A DNA stretch of 57,379 bases, the filler included, from Dugesia japonica (lineage: Eukaryota): NCBI GenBank assembly GCA_001938525.1. It is 5 parts of 5 records of this genome, joined end to end, with 100 filler letters (N's around TTAATTAATTAA, not from the genome) between each part and the next. Parts side by side here need not be neighbours in the genome. Positions count along the whole stretch, not along the records: positions 1 to 9,145 come from MQRL01616641.1; positions 9,246 to 23,773 come from MQRL01595239.1; 3 more parts are not named here. One strand, written 5' to 3'. Below, in pieces: positions 1-11,219 of this stretch. The notes below the pieces were generated by a model. That model did not search any database. It was not told where the DNA came from and saw nothing but the letters and a program-made list of their open reading frames with translations. A program made the translations under genes and the position numbers. The first letter of the stretch is position 1; each line of letters starts with the position of its first letter.

Positions 1-260
1 TTAGTCGATAGGACTAACTTACCTCCGGTAGAGTCAATTATCTCTCGGATAAGAGATTTTGGGGAGAGGCAGCGGTATCAGAATTGGACAGGCCCAGATT
101 GCACTCTTGCGACCTCCTTCTACCAGCACCCACTCTACCCCCAGCTTCTGCAGTACAGGCGTTTATAACTAACCTCCTGTGGGGAATTAGGGAATCGTCT
201 GGTGTCATGGACAGTGAAAATACGGCCCCTAATATCGACAATTTTAATCCTGCTACCTAA
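1..260 (+). pseudogene. LTR cassette C (partial), small unknown protein
   Basis: LVDRTNLPPVESIISRIRDFGERQRYQNW...VQAFITNLLWGIRESSGVMDSENTAPNI* with one frameshift. Aligns with 45868-46218. AATAAA at 279. Confidence 0.7.
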
Positions 261-409
261 ATTTTGTCTGTTGCTTGAAATAAATAAATAGTTGTGTAAA
301 GTTTGGTCTTCTGGTATTGTTTCTGTCGTTGCATGAGATGAGCTTTCGTTTTCTTAATATTAATCCAATAGCCCTTGTAATTATCATATTTAACCATAAT
401 AATATTTAG

Positions 410-767
410 TGCATTCTTCACTGAATCGCATTTCAGCTCCTACAAAAAAGATGCAAGAGGACAGCGACGACCGCGAGGTGACATGAGACCTGTATCGACT
501 CGCTAAACGTAAGTGGGAGGCGGATACGTCCAACGCTAATAATAAGGTAAGCCGCTACCGGAAAAATGTGTGGCTTACAGAAAGGAAGTCGAGGCCTCAC
601 ATGCACAAGGAAGACTGTGGAAGGGGCAAGTGGAGTCACTGGCGGACATGATCCGGTCCTACCAAGACCGAGAAAATAAACTGGTAGGAGATGTTTTGAA
701 GTTGAAGACTTCCATGCCACTCGAACCTTTGATGGTCGAGAATAGCACACATACCCCTAAGAGTTAA
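410..767 (+). pseudogene. LTR cassette D, ~120 aa coiled-coil-like protein
   Basis: tttAG|TG CAT TCT; (M)HSSLN...DLYRLAKRKWEA...WKGQVESL...PLEPLMVE. One stop and one frameshift. Homologous to 46376-46734. AATAAA at 788. Confidence 0.7.
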
Positions 768-905
768 TCCATATACCAATTCTGGTTAATAAACCTTGTG
801 TTTGAGCCTTATTATGGATTTTCTTTTCATTGTTTTTCATTGTGTGAGTATTCATCTCAGTCTTTGTGTAAATTTTATTTGAGAATTAACTTTAATTTAT
901 TTTAG

Positions 906-1288
906 TGCCACACATCAATTTTCCGACCAGTCTTCGTCGGTGCCATCGCATCATGCGCCGATTTCTTATCGAAAGGCATTTGAAGCGTAAGATAGACCGA
1001 ACCTTACTTAAACAATTATCGCCGAAGGATATGCTGATCAAAAAACTTGACATAATTATAAAAAAGCAGAATAATCTTGCAGTTCAAACGAAGGCCTAGA
1101 AAGCCGAAAATAAACAATTGTTACTGAGGAAGATCGAGTTCTTGAAACAATATATTGCCGATCTATCCCGACAAATAGGCAACCCAACTGTGACACAATG
1201 GGGCGACGATGATGACATCGCCGCCTTCAACCTTTTGGTGACTGAACCAAACCAGTGGTTAAATCCAGGGGCACTGGATTTACTATAA
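906..1288 (+). pseudogene. LTR cassette E, ~127 aa helical protein
   Basis: tttAG|TG CCA CAC; (M)PHINFPTSLRRCHRIMRR...KIEFLKQYIADLSR...AAFN...WLNPGALDLL*. One internal stop. AATAAA at 1303. Homologous to 46859-47239 and 4045-4371. Confidence 0.75.
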
Positions 1289-1539
1289 TAATTGTTTCTT
1301 AAAATAAAATGTATGCAATCAGAATCGAAATTTCTTTCTTGAGTTAGTAATGATAAAGAAAACAATGAACCCGAATATAAAGGTTTATAGGTGCGTACCT
1401 CCCATTAAGAGAAGGGGTCAACCGCTATGAACTAAAAACCTACCCTAGGGGCGGTAGGTCAAATTCTTGAACGGGTCTCTCTGAGGGCTGTTTTTCCCCA
1501 GCCACAACTTTTCCACTTAACTCAGGTGGGACCCCAACA

Positions 1540-2719
1540 GTACCATTACCAAGATTATTATTACCTTTAAATTATTTATATTGTTAGTATTGGTCACCAC
1601 CATTAATATTATTATTTAGCGATAGGGATTATTACTAAAATTCAACTTACATTCATTTTATTAATATTAACTTTACTCCTAGTTCAGTAATCCAGATTAT
1701 TATAGTATTATTACGAGATCTATCTCCCACTCATGTTATCAACATCTTCCCTATAACCACCATTACATCCATTGTCTTTTAAACTTATAGTAATTAAAAT
1801 CAGATACTTTATCATCCATCTATAATAACTACTGTTATTATACTAATACCATTAAATTTTTTAAATATAAATTGTTATCATTTCTTTATTATCTTAATAT
1901 CCTTTATGTTTTTAGCTTATTGCCCTTTCTTCTATAAATTAATTATCAGAAACAGAAAACCAGCATAACAACGTAAAAATTTAATTTTCCAAAGTCTTTG
2001 TTGAGACCCGCGACCTTCATATTTCATTAACGAATAATGAAATCCAGATTAAGCATGATTTAATCTGATGCTTTAAGACATGGACGAAAATGCCCCACAA
2101 AATGTGGCTAATCAGCACCTGTTCCAACTCAGACCAAGCCGAATCTTTGGAGCAGAGGTGCAAATCACAGCTAGCTTTGATGGACAGTTAGCCACCACAA
2201 CAAATTGGTCAAGAGCTTGTCAAGCTCTTCAAGAAAAAATAGGAATGTTGGTGTTCGAGATGACCTAACTCCGTCGCCAAAACATTGAATATACCCGGAG
2301 AGACACAGCCCACGGTATGAAGATATTGGAGTTGGAGGCCGAGGTGGAATGGCTCCGAATGGAAAACAAACAATTAAGCGAGAGAGTACACTCCCAACCA
2401 TCAACGTCCACTGCAATTTCTCCTCCAAGAAAGATCCGGAAGATTTTTGTGGACCTTTCAGATGACAATTAGTTAAGATCACATTTGAATTTCGTGTACA
2501 TTGTGTGTAAAATAGCATAATTGAACTATTTAATTTTTCTTTCTTTACGACTTCTATCGTCGATACATAATGAATCCGAATTACACACAGATGGTGCGCT
2601 CATGCACTCTTGACGTTGGGCAAGAGTCACTGGGGCTGTCATCAGGACGAGTATTTAAATCCCAGTTTGCGGGTTGTGTGTGATATATTTTTCTAGCTAT
2701 ATCACCCATGACCCCAACA
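1540..2719 (+). mobile_element. 3' part of a second, divergent long-LTR family (the 1-1539 LTR may be nested in it)
   Basis: Ends ACCCCAACA at 2719, has a hairpin-rich terminal 140 bp and contains an acceptor+ATG cassette. Confidence 0.5.
2080..2472 (+). pseudogene. LTR cassette protein, 130 aa, coiled coil with C-terminal SIM-like motif
   Basis: tttaAG|acATG. The frame continues through one stop (2266) to KILELEAEVEWLRMENKQL...KIFVDLSDDN*. Confidence 0.6.
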
Positions 2720-3038
2720 TAACTTTAAAGGTCTTATTACATTTTAAACATTTAAATTCTTTTACTTCTTTTTCTATTCCACAGAATTTTTTATGAGTTG
2801 TTAATCGATTTTGTTTCTTAAAAACCTTTTGACATTTATTCCATTTAAATTCATTAATAATAATTACAATTGGTTTCGATGGATTACATTTTTTTAATGT
2901 GTTGATTTAAATCACTTTGTTTTATAAAATTTTTTTACATTTCTCACAAATAATTGATGAAGACATTTTAAGTATAAATAATTTAATAAAATAGTTTTTA
3001 ATTTTTAGATTTTAGTTTAAATTTCAATCCATAGCTAG

Positions 3039-3176
3039 AGTAATGGTATAATGGGGGCTTATGTTTTTAGTCTATGACTTTTTTATATTTAATACACTAT
3101 GATGTTTAAAAGTGGTCAATTTCAGGTGTCAGGTCAAGACTCTGAAATTTGAAGGTGCCCCCATTATACCATTACT
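3039..3176. mobile_element. MITE
   Basis: Perfect 20-bp terminal inverted repeats: agtaatggtataatgggggc (3039-3058) and its reverse complement (3157-3176). Confidence 0.65.
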
Positions 3177-3429
3177 TGTCTGTACTCTCAGTACACTAAT
3201 TATTATTTTTTTCTGATGTCCCATACGTTGTCCCCATACTGTAAAGAGTCAGCTAATAACATCATTATTTAATATTTGGCGTCTTTGTTGTTTTATATAA
3301 GTAAACAAAAACAAAAATTTTGAAAAAAATTTGAATATTTTTTTTTTGATGAATCAGAAGTGATTCAGAATATATATTTTGACACTTAATAAATATTTGC
3401 ATTAGATTGGTGTTGTATGTTAACCTAAC

Positions 3430-4010
3430 ATGGCGACCACGCAGGCTCTAATAAACAGACTGGTACCAGATTTATATGATGAAAAAATGGATTTAGAAAC
3501 CTTCATTTCAGATTGCCGGAGATTTTTCAATATCGCCAATATTGATGAAAATTCAAGAGGTTTAATCATCAAAACAATGATCAACAGAGAATTGATTCCA
3601 ATTTATGAAGCAGTTGAAATCAACATTACTAGTTTCGAAGAAAGATTGAGGAAAGCGTTTTAAAAGCCAAGTTCACTTATTAGTGATCTTAAAGAAATAA
3701 TAGAATATCGAAAAGGATCGACTACTGCGGAAAAATATTTTGAAGATGTAAATCGTATGATGGCAAAATTATTGCGAAAATTCATTGCGTTGATGACAAA
3801 GAAATTCAGAAAGAAATAAAAATAAGAGAAATAATAGATGTGCCAGAAATTTAAAATATTATTAAAAAGATGGATAATATTATGATGGATGAAGAAGTTG
3901 CACCAATAAGACGAGTTACATTTGCAAAGGTGGCCAAAGGTGAGAAGAAATTTAGAGAATATCAAATCAAAAATATAAAACCTGCTCATATGAGGGAACA
4001 TTAAATGCAA
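3430..4010 (+). pseudogene. Ty3/Gypsy gag remnant
   Basis: LVPDLYDEKMDLETFISDCRRFF resembles a gag capsid N-terminus; stops follow downstream; a TGGCG PBS-like motif lies near 3278. Confidence 0.5.
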
Positions 4011-4044
4011 AAGAAAATAATGTCACAAATATGTCACAAAAATA

Positions 4045-4371
4045 AGATCTCACAAAATCAACCAAAAATTGCTGGTAGAACATTTTTTGAAACGCTGTGA
4101 GCGATCCCTATTAAAACATTTAACACAGCGCAACCGTTTCATAAAAAAGCTGGATGTAATAGTGAAGAAACAAGATGAATTGGCCAATCGGACAAAACAA
4201 ATTCTCATCAACAAATTTGAATTCTTAAAACGTTACATCGCTGACTTGTCCACTCGATTACAATTAGAAACGTGGACAAGATGGAATAGCGATGATGACG
4301 CGGCCGCATTCGACTTTTTGAATGTCTAGCCCGCCCAGTGCCTTGACCCTGAGGCTATAGATTATATGTGA
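4045..4371 (+). pseudogene. Third, divergent copy of LTR cassette E
   Basis: LLVEHFLKR...FIKKLDVIVKKQ...KFEFLKRYIADLSTR...DDDAAAFDF...LDPEAIDYM*, followed by AATAAA. Confidence 0.75.
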
Positions 4372-4739
4372 ATCTTTTTGTGTAAAATAAATAAATTAAA
4401 TAATACATAATCAATTGATATTTAATTTTTTCAATACATTAATTTGATATTTATCTTGTTGATAGAAAATACTAGTGGATGATATATTTAACGTCTCATA
4501 AATAAATACTAAAAACTAATGCCATTGTATCTAGATGACATGGAGAATAATGTCGCGGAGGTAAAGAAACTGTAGTCACCCGAAAAATTATTAGGGGAGA
4601 AAATTCCAGATGCCTAAAATATATCCATCGTACAAAGTTGGGTGTTGATTATTACAATTCTGTTATAGATTGAACGACAAGCAAATTCTTTAAAAAATAT
4701 TATATATATTGAATTCAGCATGGAAATAGTTCGTTTGAT

Positions 4740-5581
4740 TTCACGGATTGTCGGAACTGCTATGTTATGCAACTGCAATGTTAAACTTGCATATTTTCCC
4801 AAAACTTGCACAAGTTTGATTCAACCCCTTGATATGAAAATAAGTAGGTCTTTTAAATCGAAGAATAAACGCAATTTTTTACAACATATATTTCTTTGTA
4901 ATGATAATGATATTTAGCATAAAAATTGAAAGAAATCAAGTTCATCGAGGCAATATTGTCTATTGAACATGCATGGAAAGATATTACACACAATACGATA
5001 GTAAATTGCTTTGAAAAAAATGGGTTGTGGATTTCTACTGAATCACCAGTTCAATCGGTAGAACGGTTTGATATTGATACACTTGATATAACAGAAATTT
5101 CACAATCTACTTGAAATTTAACATTTGACAAATCCAAAGAAGCCACGGAGAAGTTCATTTTGTTTGAAGGAAACTACCTTGTTGAGGATAGTTCTGAAGA
5201 TTTTTTTAGTAGAATAGTAAATGATAGTGCATGTGAAGAAGAAAAATATTTATATCCGAAGAAAAAATTAAAAACTAAATAAAATCATTAAAAATGATTT
5301 GTTCTTCATAGTCATCTGACTACAATTAATTGAAGATACTGTTTAATGCGGAACGAGAATTAAATGAAAAATTAAAAATATTGACTAGACAAAAATGGAA
5401 CACCGATTCACGGAAACTAAATGACACTTGATTATTTATTAAAGAGAATTTGAGATCAAATTGAAATAAATTTTATTGAAATATGGTTAATTTTATTTAT
5501 TTAAAAAAAATTTAAATGATTATTTCTAAAATCGGGGCATTTTGGCATTCTGACTGCCCTGATATTGAAAGTTTGATTGTA
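4740..5581 (+). mobile_element. pogo/Tigger (DDE_1, CENP-B-like) transposase remnant
   Basis: NVKLAYFPKTCTSLIQPLD.KI..SFK and AW..IT..TI.NCF motifs. Confidence 0.8.
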
Positions 5582-6235
5582 TTGATCAATTGCAAAATAA
5601 ATAAAACTATTGCTAGTAAAATATTAACATTAAAAGAAAATTTTCAATTTTAAGTTCTGAAAATAAAAAATTAAGATTATTGGTTATGAAAATGCCTTTT
5701 TTATATTTTCACTTAAATATTCGTTGTAAATGAGCTTCCCACTTCAACAAACTATAGATAAAATATAACAAATTTGATTTTAATGAATTTCCCACCCAAT
5801 AAAAACTTGAATAAAGACATCTTGTTTATAATATTTAATAATTTTCTTTACTAGACCAAATTTAACCAACAATGCTATGCCAAAATTTTCTAAAATAAAT
5901 TTAGAAAAAACTATTCATACATTTAATTAAATTTAACTAATTATACATTTTTTTCTCTTACTATCGAATATTTTAATTATATTATTATGGAATGACTTAA
6001 AATGTAAATATAAAAATTTGCAAACATTCTACAATTAATTGTAATTGCAAGTGTGATTAATTATAATTTTCTAAGGCATGATTACTTATCACATCATAAA
6101 AAGCAGACAACCAATTATAAATAAATGACGTCATCCGCATACATCACAGTGACTCATTTACATGAATTTCAACTAATTCTTTGTATTTTTAAAATAGATT
6201 TAATTTATTCAGAAAAATCGCAAAATTTATAAAAT

Positions 6236-8749
6236 ATGATATTTTGCTTAATTTTTTGTGTAATAATAAAGACGGTATTTACTAACCTATCGAAAAACTG
6301 GATACCCACATATCAAAATGAAAGTACATTCGATGAACCTTATGATTTTGTGAATGTCAATTCATTACCAAATTTTGAAAAATTTGGGAAAGATTATGAT
6401 TGGATTAGTATTTCTGGAACATCTCTAACAACTTCTTCTTATATAGCCTTTACTGGCACCAGAAACAACAATGCTTCCAATTATGAATCAGTTTTCAGGA
6501 AACAATCGGGAATTATTATTTTATGTTCTAGTATTTCAAATTCTTCAAATGAAAAAGGATTTGATATTAACTGTCAATCTTTACAAGAAAAATATTTAGA
6601 GTCTAGTGACGGTAAATATTTTGGAGCTGTTGTTAAATCGACTAAATTTAAAAATGATACTATTGCTTTTATATACTGTGATCCATTATGGTTTAATCCA
6701 AATTTTACATTTAAAATATCAAATGGAAAATGTCGACTTACTCTAGTCAAAGATTTCTCGGATATGAAACATATAGAATATCAAGTGTGTGATAAATTTA
6801 AAAAATGTCTGGGTGGATTTTCTGTTGATCTTATTGCAATTGATAATGATCTAAAAATACTTTTTGGATTACCTTTCGAAAATTCTACAAAATTATCGAA
6901 TCTTGTTGGATCTCAAGAAATTAAAGATGGTCCTGAAAACAAAGGAACATATTTCAATTATGGGTATTCGGTGGCCTTTTCTGGAGATGGCTCTCAATTT
7001 GCCTCATCCCCAGTTAATGATGGTCATTCGCCATTCGTAAAAATGATAAATATTGGAAATTTCTATCCTACTGATATATCAATGCAACGTTATGGTGGAT
7101 TTGGTACCAGTATTGACACTGTAAATGTTGGAAATAATTTATATGGTGTTATAATAGGAGCCCCATATCAAAGTAAGCCTAATTTAGTAAATGTCGGCGC
7201 GGTTTTTTTAGCTTGTAAAGGAAAAAATTCAACTGATGTAGTTTTTGGTGAAAATGCTAATGATTATTTTGGATATTCAGTTGCACGTTTAGGTGATATA
7301 GATTCTAATGGTCCTGAAGAGTTCGTTGTTAGTGCCCCAAGTCTCAACTTTGAAAAACCTGGGAAAATATATATTTTTTCGACTACCAGACATTGTCAAA
7401 TTTCAAAAATCCCATTGCAAGTATATCAGAGCAACATTAACGGATTCGGTATAGCAATTTCAAGAGGATTTGATATTAATTTCAATGGAAAACCAGACTT
7501 CTTTGTTACTGCATTAGGTTATCAAAAACCATTTTTATTTGTTATGCCAAATCGAGAAAAAGTAACATGTTCTTGGATTGAGCAGAATAAGGGTGATTTT
7601 ATTACAATACAAAACTTTAAAATAAAAGTTATATTTCAGTCTTCTAACATAAAATATGAGAATTATAATTATCAAGTTGCAATTGATTTTTTAAATAAAG
7701 GAGAACCTCGTTTTAAACTCGTTGATAATGATACAGTATTAAATGATGAGGGCTATACAATGACTTTACAACCATTACTAGATGTCCAAGATATGGATTT
7801 TAAAACAGTTCCATTAAAAGTTGCTATTAAGGGTATTCGAAAGTGTAAAATTTCTGGAGTTCAAGATTGCTTTCGTTCTAAAACTGCTCAAATTGAATGG
7901 TTGAAATGCGAAAAAATTATTAAACTTTCACCAATGTCATGTTCTAAAATTAATTGTCAATCAGAATTAAGTATAAAATCTGTTAATTACACCAAAGGAC
8001 TGGTTATTTACCATGGAGAAAAATCAGATTATCAACGCAAAATCGAATTTTTAATTAGTAATAATGGTCCGGATTTCACGCAAAGAGTGTTTGTTTCCAT
8101 TAATTCAGAACCCGATATTCGCATTGATAATGTCAGATGTGATGGTTCTTGCAAATCTGAACATATAACAACACAACATACAAATATTGTTATAAAAGAT
8201 TCTATGGAAAAGAAAGATGATTTCAAAATTTCTGTTGATATTCTTTATAATGAGTTAGAAAAGGTTAATGAAAAAACTTCAATTAATTTCAAAATTTGGA
8301 GTATTAATGATGATGATAATATAAATAATAACAACTATACGTTATTGTATACTGTCTTATTTAAACCGAAATTAATCATTTCATCAAAAAATACTAAAGA
8401 AAATAATATAGATTCTAGAATAAAACCCCCATATTTAGAACGATATAATCGTATTTCAGTTCAAGATTTAGGGACTGAATTAAGTTTTTCATATTTAATA
8501 CAAAATAAAGGCCCTGAATTGAAAAATGTGGAACTAAAATTTCTTTTTCCTTACAAAATAACATCGGACAAATATATTTTATATTTAATGGATAAGATTC
8601 GTTTGTTAAGTGATGAAAGTTGGGAAAATGTCAAGCCTTCCATTAATAATAAAAATGGATTAGTTAAACACTGTGATGTTGGTAAGGATATGTTGAATCC
8701 TTTAAACGTAATTGGACATAAATATAACAAGAAATCAGGTTTGTTTTGA
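6236..8749 (+). CDS. Integrin alpha subunit ectodomain (single large exon; likely donor at 8738/8739; TM and GFFKR tail not found)
   Basis: Signal peptide; FG-GAP repeats (FGAVV, YGYSVA, FGTSI...IGAPY, FGYSVARLGDIDSNGPEEFVVSAP, FGIAISRGFDINFNGKPDF); thigh/calf motifs (C...CQSEL, NNGP, YLIQNKGP, LNPL). Confidence 0.9.
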   Translation: MIFCLIFCVIIKTVFTNLSKNWIPTYQNESTFDEPYDFVNVNSLPNFEKFGKDYDWISISGTSLTTSSYIAFTGTRNNNASNYESVFRKQSGIIILCSSISNSSNEKGFDINCQSLQEKYLESSDGKYFGAVVKSTKFKNDTIAFIYCDPLWFNPNFTFKISNGKCRLTLVKDFSDMKHIEYQVCDKFKKCLGGFSVDLIAIDNDLKILFGLPFENSTKLSNLVGSQEIKDGPENKGTYFNYGYSVAFSGDGSQFASSPVNDGHSPFVKMINIGNFYPTDISMQRYGGFGTSIDTVNVGNNLYGVIIGAPYQSKPNLVNVGAVFLACKGKNSTDVVFGENANDYFGYSVARLGDIDSNGPEEFVVSAPSLNFEKPGKIYIFSTTRHCQISKIPLQVYQSNINGFGIAISRGFDINFNGKPDFFVTALGYQKPFLFVMPNREKVTCSWIEQNKGDFITIQNFKIKVIFQSSNIKYENYNYQVAIDFLNKGEPRFKLVDNDTVLNDEGYTMTLQPLLDVQDMDFKTVPLKVAIKGIRKCKISGVQDCFRSKTAQIEWLKCEKIIKLSPMSCSKINCQSELSIKSVNYTKGLVIYHGEKSDYQRKIEFLISNNGPDFTQRVFVSINSEPDIRIDNVRCDGSCKSEHITTQHTNIVIKDSMEKKDDFKISVDILYNELEKVNEKTSINFKIWSINDDDNINNNNYTLLYTVLFKPKLIISSKNTKENNIDSRIKPPYLERYNRISVQDLGTELSFSYLIQNKGPELKNVELKFLFPYKITSDKYILYLMDKIRLLSDESWENVKPSINNKNGLVKHCDVGKDMLNPLNVIGHKYNKKSGLF

Positions 8750-9401
8750 ATTTCATTTGAATTCATTTATAAATTAATGTTTAATTATTGCAAATTCAAG
8801 TGTCGTAAGTGACGATAATGAATCAAATTTACAGAGTAACTAAGAAAATTATTCATTTGTTCAAACAATTGAATAAACAATTTTATTGATTATTTTCATA
8901 TTAATCTAACTTAATTTTCGCACAACTAATTTTGTGTATTGTCAATTAAATTCCGTGTAATATTAAATTTACTTTGTCAAATGTAATAATTTCATTATTT
9001 TAAAAGGAATTTTCGATGATACGTTATAGAAGCAAATTGAAAGAAAAAATTTAATGTTATTGATAATCAATTCGATTTTGAAGGAAATCTAATAACATTG
9101 TGGTTGCCAAATTCAGGGTTCTTGCGTTTAATTATTATAAAAAAANNNNNNNNNNNNNNNNNNNNNNNNNNNNNNNNNNNNNNNNNNNNTTAATTAATTA
9201 ANNNNNNNNNNNNNNNNNNNNNNNNNNNNNNNNNNNNNNNNNNNNCATAAATAAAGGACAATGATTGTAATTTAATTAAAATTTCATTGTATTGATGTTA
9301 AATAAAAATTTTAATCTTGAATTTTTTTTAATAATTGTTTTCTTTATATAATGTGAAAAATATTTTTAAAAAAAAATTTTTAAAAAAAAAATTCAAAAAA
9401 A

Positions 9402-9645
9402 ATCTTTGATTTATAATTTTCTTTGTCGGAGGGGTCATGATCTAGAAAACTTTTTCTTTGTTAGGGGGAGGGGGTCTTTGTTCTGACTAAGAAAATTTTT
9501 CGAAAAAATGTATGACTCATTCGATGAGTCATTGTCTTTGTTCTACATGACCGATGACTTATCATGATGAGTCATGGTCTTTGTTCTAACCGACGATGAC
9601 TCATCAGCATGACTCATTTCTTTGTTACAAAAATGATGAGTCATA
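9402..9645. promoter_or_regulatory. Cluster of AP-1-type ATGA(C/G)TCAT and TCTTTGTT motifs
   Basis: Six perfect ATGA(C/G)TCAT plus one near match, interleaved with about five TCTTTGTT. Confidence 0.5.
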
Positions 9646-9822
9646 CAAAATTTTCATATTCATTATTTAACTTAATTTAGCTACTTACTATTTGTAAGTA
9701 GTTTATAAGCGACTAATATTTCTTAGTGATCTAGTGCGCTACCATCTACCTACTATTGTAATATAAATTACAATTTAAACCAATGAAAATTTATTCAACT
9801 CAGATTTCTTTAAAATTTCTCT

Positions 9823-10308
9823 TTATGTAAAAGTTTGTAATAATAATTTACCGCCATCGTCACTTGAGAAATCAGTAGAATTGTTAAAATTCCAGCTAAG
9901 GATTTTCATAATATTGATATCAATAGGGATTTTACGATTTGATATTTTCAAAATATAGCCACAGACCAGATGGCCACAATCATTCCCATTATCTTGTTTC
10001 TGTAATTGAAAAGAGCAATATTGAAAAGAGAATTTTTTGTTGAACTCAAGATTTAGTTTAGTAGACAAGTTCTTTCCCAAATTGATTGCTTCTGAGTCAG
10101 GAATAGATCTTGGCATAGAGTCTAGTATCATTGATTTTTTGTGATAAGCGAAGAATAAAACCAAATGATTATTATTGACATGTAGTACAATAAAAAGTTT
10201 AGAGAAATCCCTGATGTTATAATCCCTCAGAGATTCACTAAGGGGAGTATCAGGTTGTAGAGAGATCTTTGCTGTCCAAATTGGTATAAACAAAAAAAGA
10301 TTAATCAT
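9823..10308 (-). pseudogene. Ulp1/SENP-like (peptidase C48) fragment, probably transposon-borne
   Basis: His (NHLVL), Asp (ILDS) and Gln/Cys (QKQDNGNDCG) motifs in C48 order. Confidence 0.7.
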
Positions 10309-10411
10309 AGTGCTTTGCAGTAATTAACGGAGAAAATGTTCGTTTAATTTCATAATTAAACGAACATTTTCTCGGTTAATTACTGCAAAGCACTATGATA
10401 AATCTTTTTTT
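10292..10411. repeat. Long near-perfect palindrome (~58 bp arms, 4 nt loop)
   Basis: atcatagtgctttgcagtaattaac...tcat...gttaattactgcaaagcactatgat. Confidence 0.9.
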
Positions 10412-10504
10412 ACAATTTTTTTAAAACTAAAAAATTATTTTTTTAACCATTGATTTATCAATAAATAAATTTGTTTTTAATAACAAAAAAAATTTTAAAA
10501 AGTC

Positions 10505-10539
10505 AATTCCTGACGAAGACAAAGTCGAAATATCGAATT
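10505..10539 (+). ncRNA. Minimal type I hammerhead ribozyme (Penelope pLTR type)
   Basis: aattc CTGACGA a gac aaa gtc GAAA ta TC gaatt: intact core with stems I and II. Confidence 0.75.
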
Positions 10540-10792
10540 AATCTCAAAAAAACCAAAAAAAACAATTTTTGATTGAACATTTTACTTTTAATGAATTCTG
10601 AAAAACGATCAATGGTTATGTTCAACAATTATTCTCGCAATAATTGCAATTGTAAAAAACATTTTCTTCAAAATTTTTTTTTAAAACCAAAGATCGAAAT
10701 TTCTGTTATTCTATTTTCTAATTTTCAATTATCTATATTACGTTATTTTCTGATAAAGCGTTATTATTCCCAACCTTGTAAACCTTTTAGAC

Positions 10793-11219
10793 CAGTGTTT
10801 TCCAACGTGAGGTGTTCGCCCCACAGGGGCAATTAAAAAATGAATTTTTAAAGAATGCAAATTTAACCATATGGTGACTCAAGCTTAGTAAATAGCTAGT
10901 ATGGAGTGTAAATAACCTTTGGACGCAATTTCAATATTTCGCGCTATTTTTTCTTAGTATATCACAGTGATATCACATCCGCTTATGAGAGCAATGAAAT
11001 GACATTATGAGGTGGACGAGATGCATTAAGATAACTTCGATTTGAATACCTGAAAATATTATGTTTGATTGAATTATTATGTTTGTTTAATAATTTCCCT
11101 GTTATTTCTACCTGAAGTCCATCATTTATGATACTTATTGAACAATTAAAAAATTTTATCTCATATGAGGACATATTAAAATTTTTAAAGAATGGCACAA
11201 AAAAGGTTGGGAAACACTA
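10793..11219 (+). mobile_element. Non-autonomous hAT element
   Basis: TIRs cagtgttttccaac / gttgggaaacact; 8-bp TSD ttttagac / atttagac. Confidence 0.8.

Larger units (their letters stand above)
1..1539 (+). mobile_element. 3' part of a long cassette-bearing LTR (runs off the window start)
   Basis: Ends ...ctcaggtgggACCCCAACA. Colinear with 45950-47489: the same three ORF cassettes and the same terminal ~170 bp. Confidence 0.8.

Noticed and set aside
433-750. Antisense and short AT-rich ORFs in the ORF track (e.g. 433-750, 31358-31738, gap-spanning ORFs)
   Set aside because: Shadows of real frames on the opposite strand, or low-complexity/N artefacts.
9190-9201. ttaattaattaa between N runs (also ~23818, ~40106, ~48345)
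   Set aside because: Scaffolding linker with stops in all frames; an assembly artefact.
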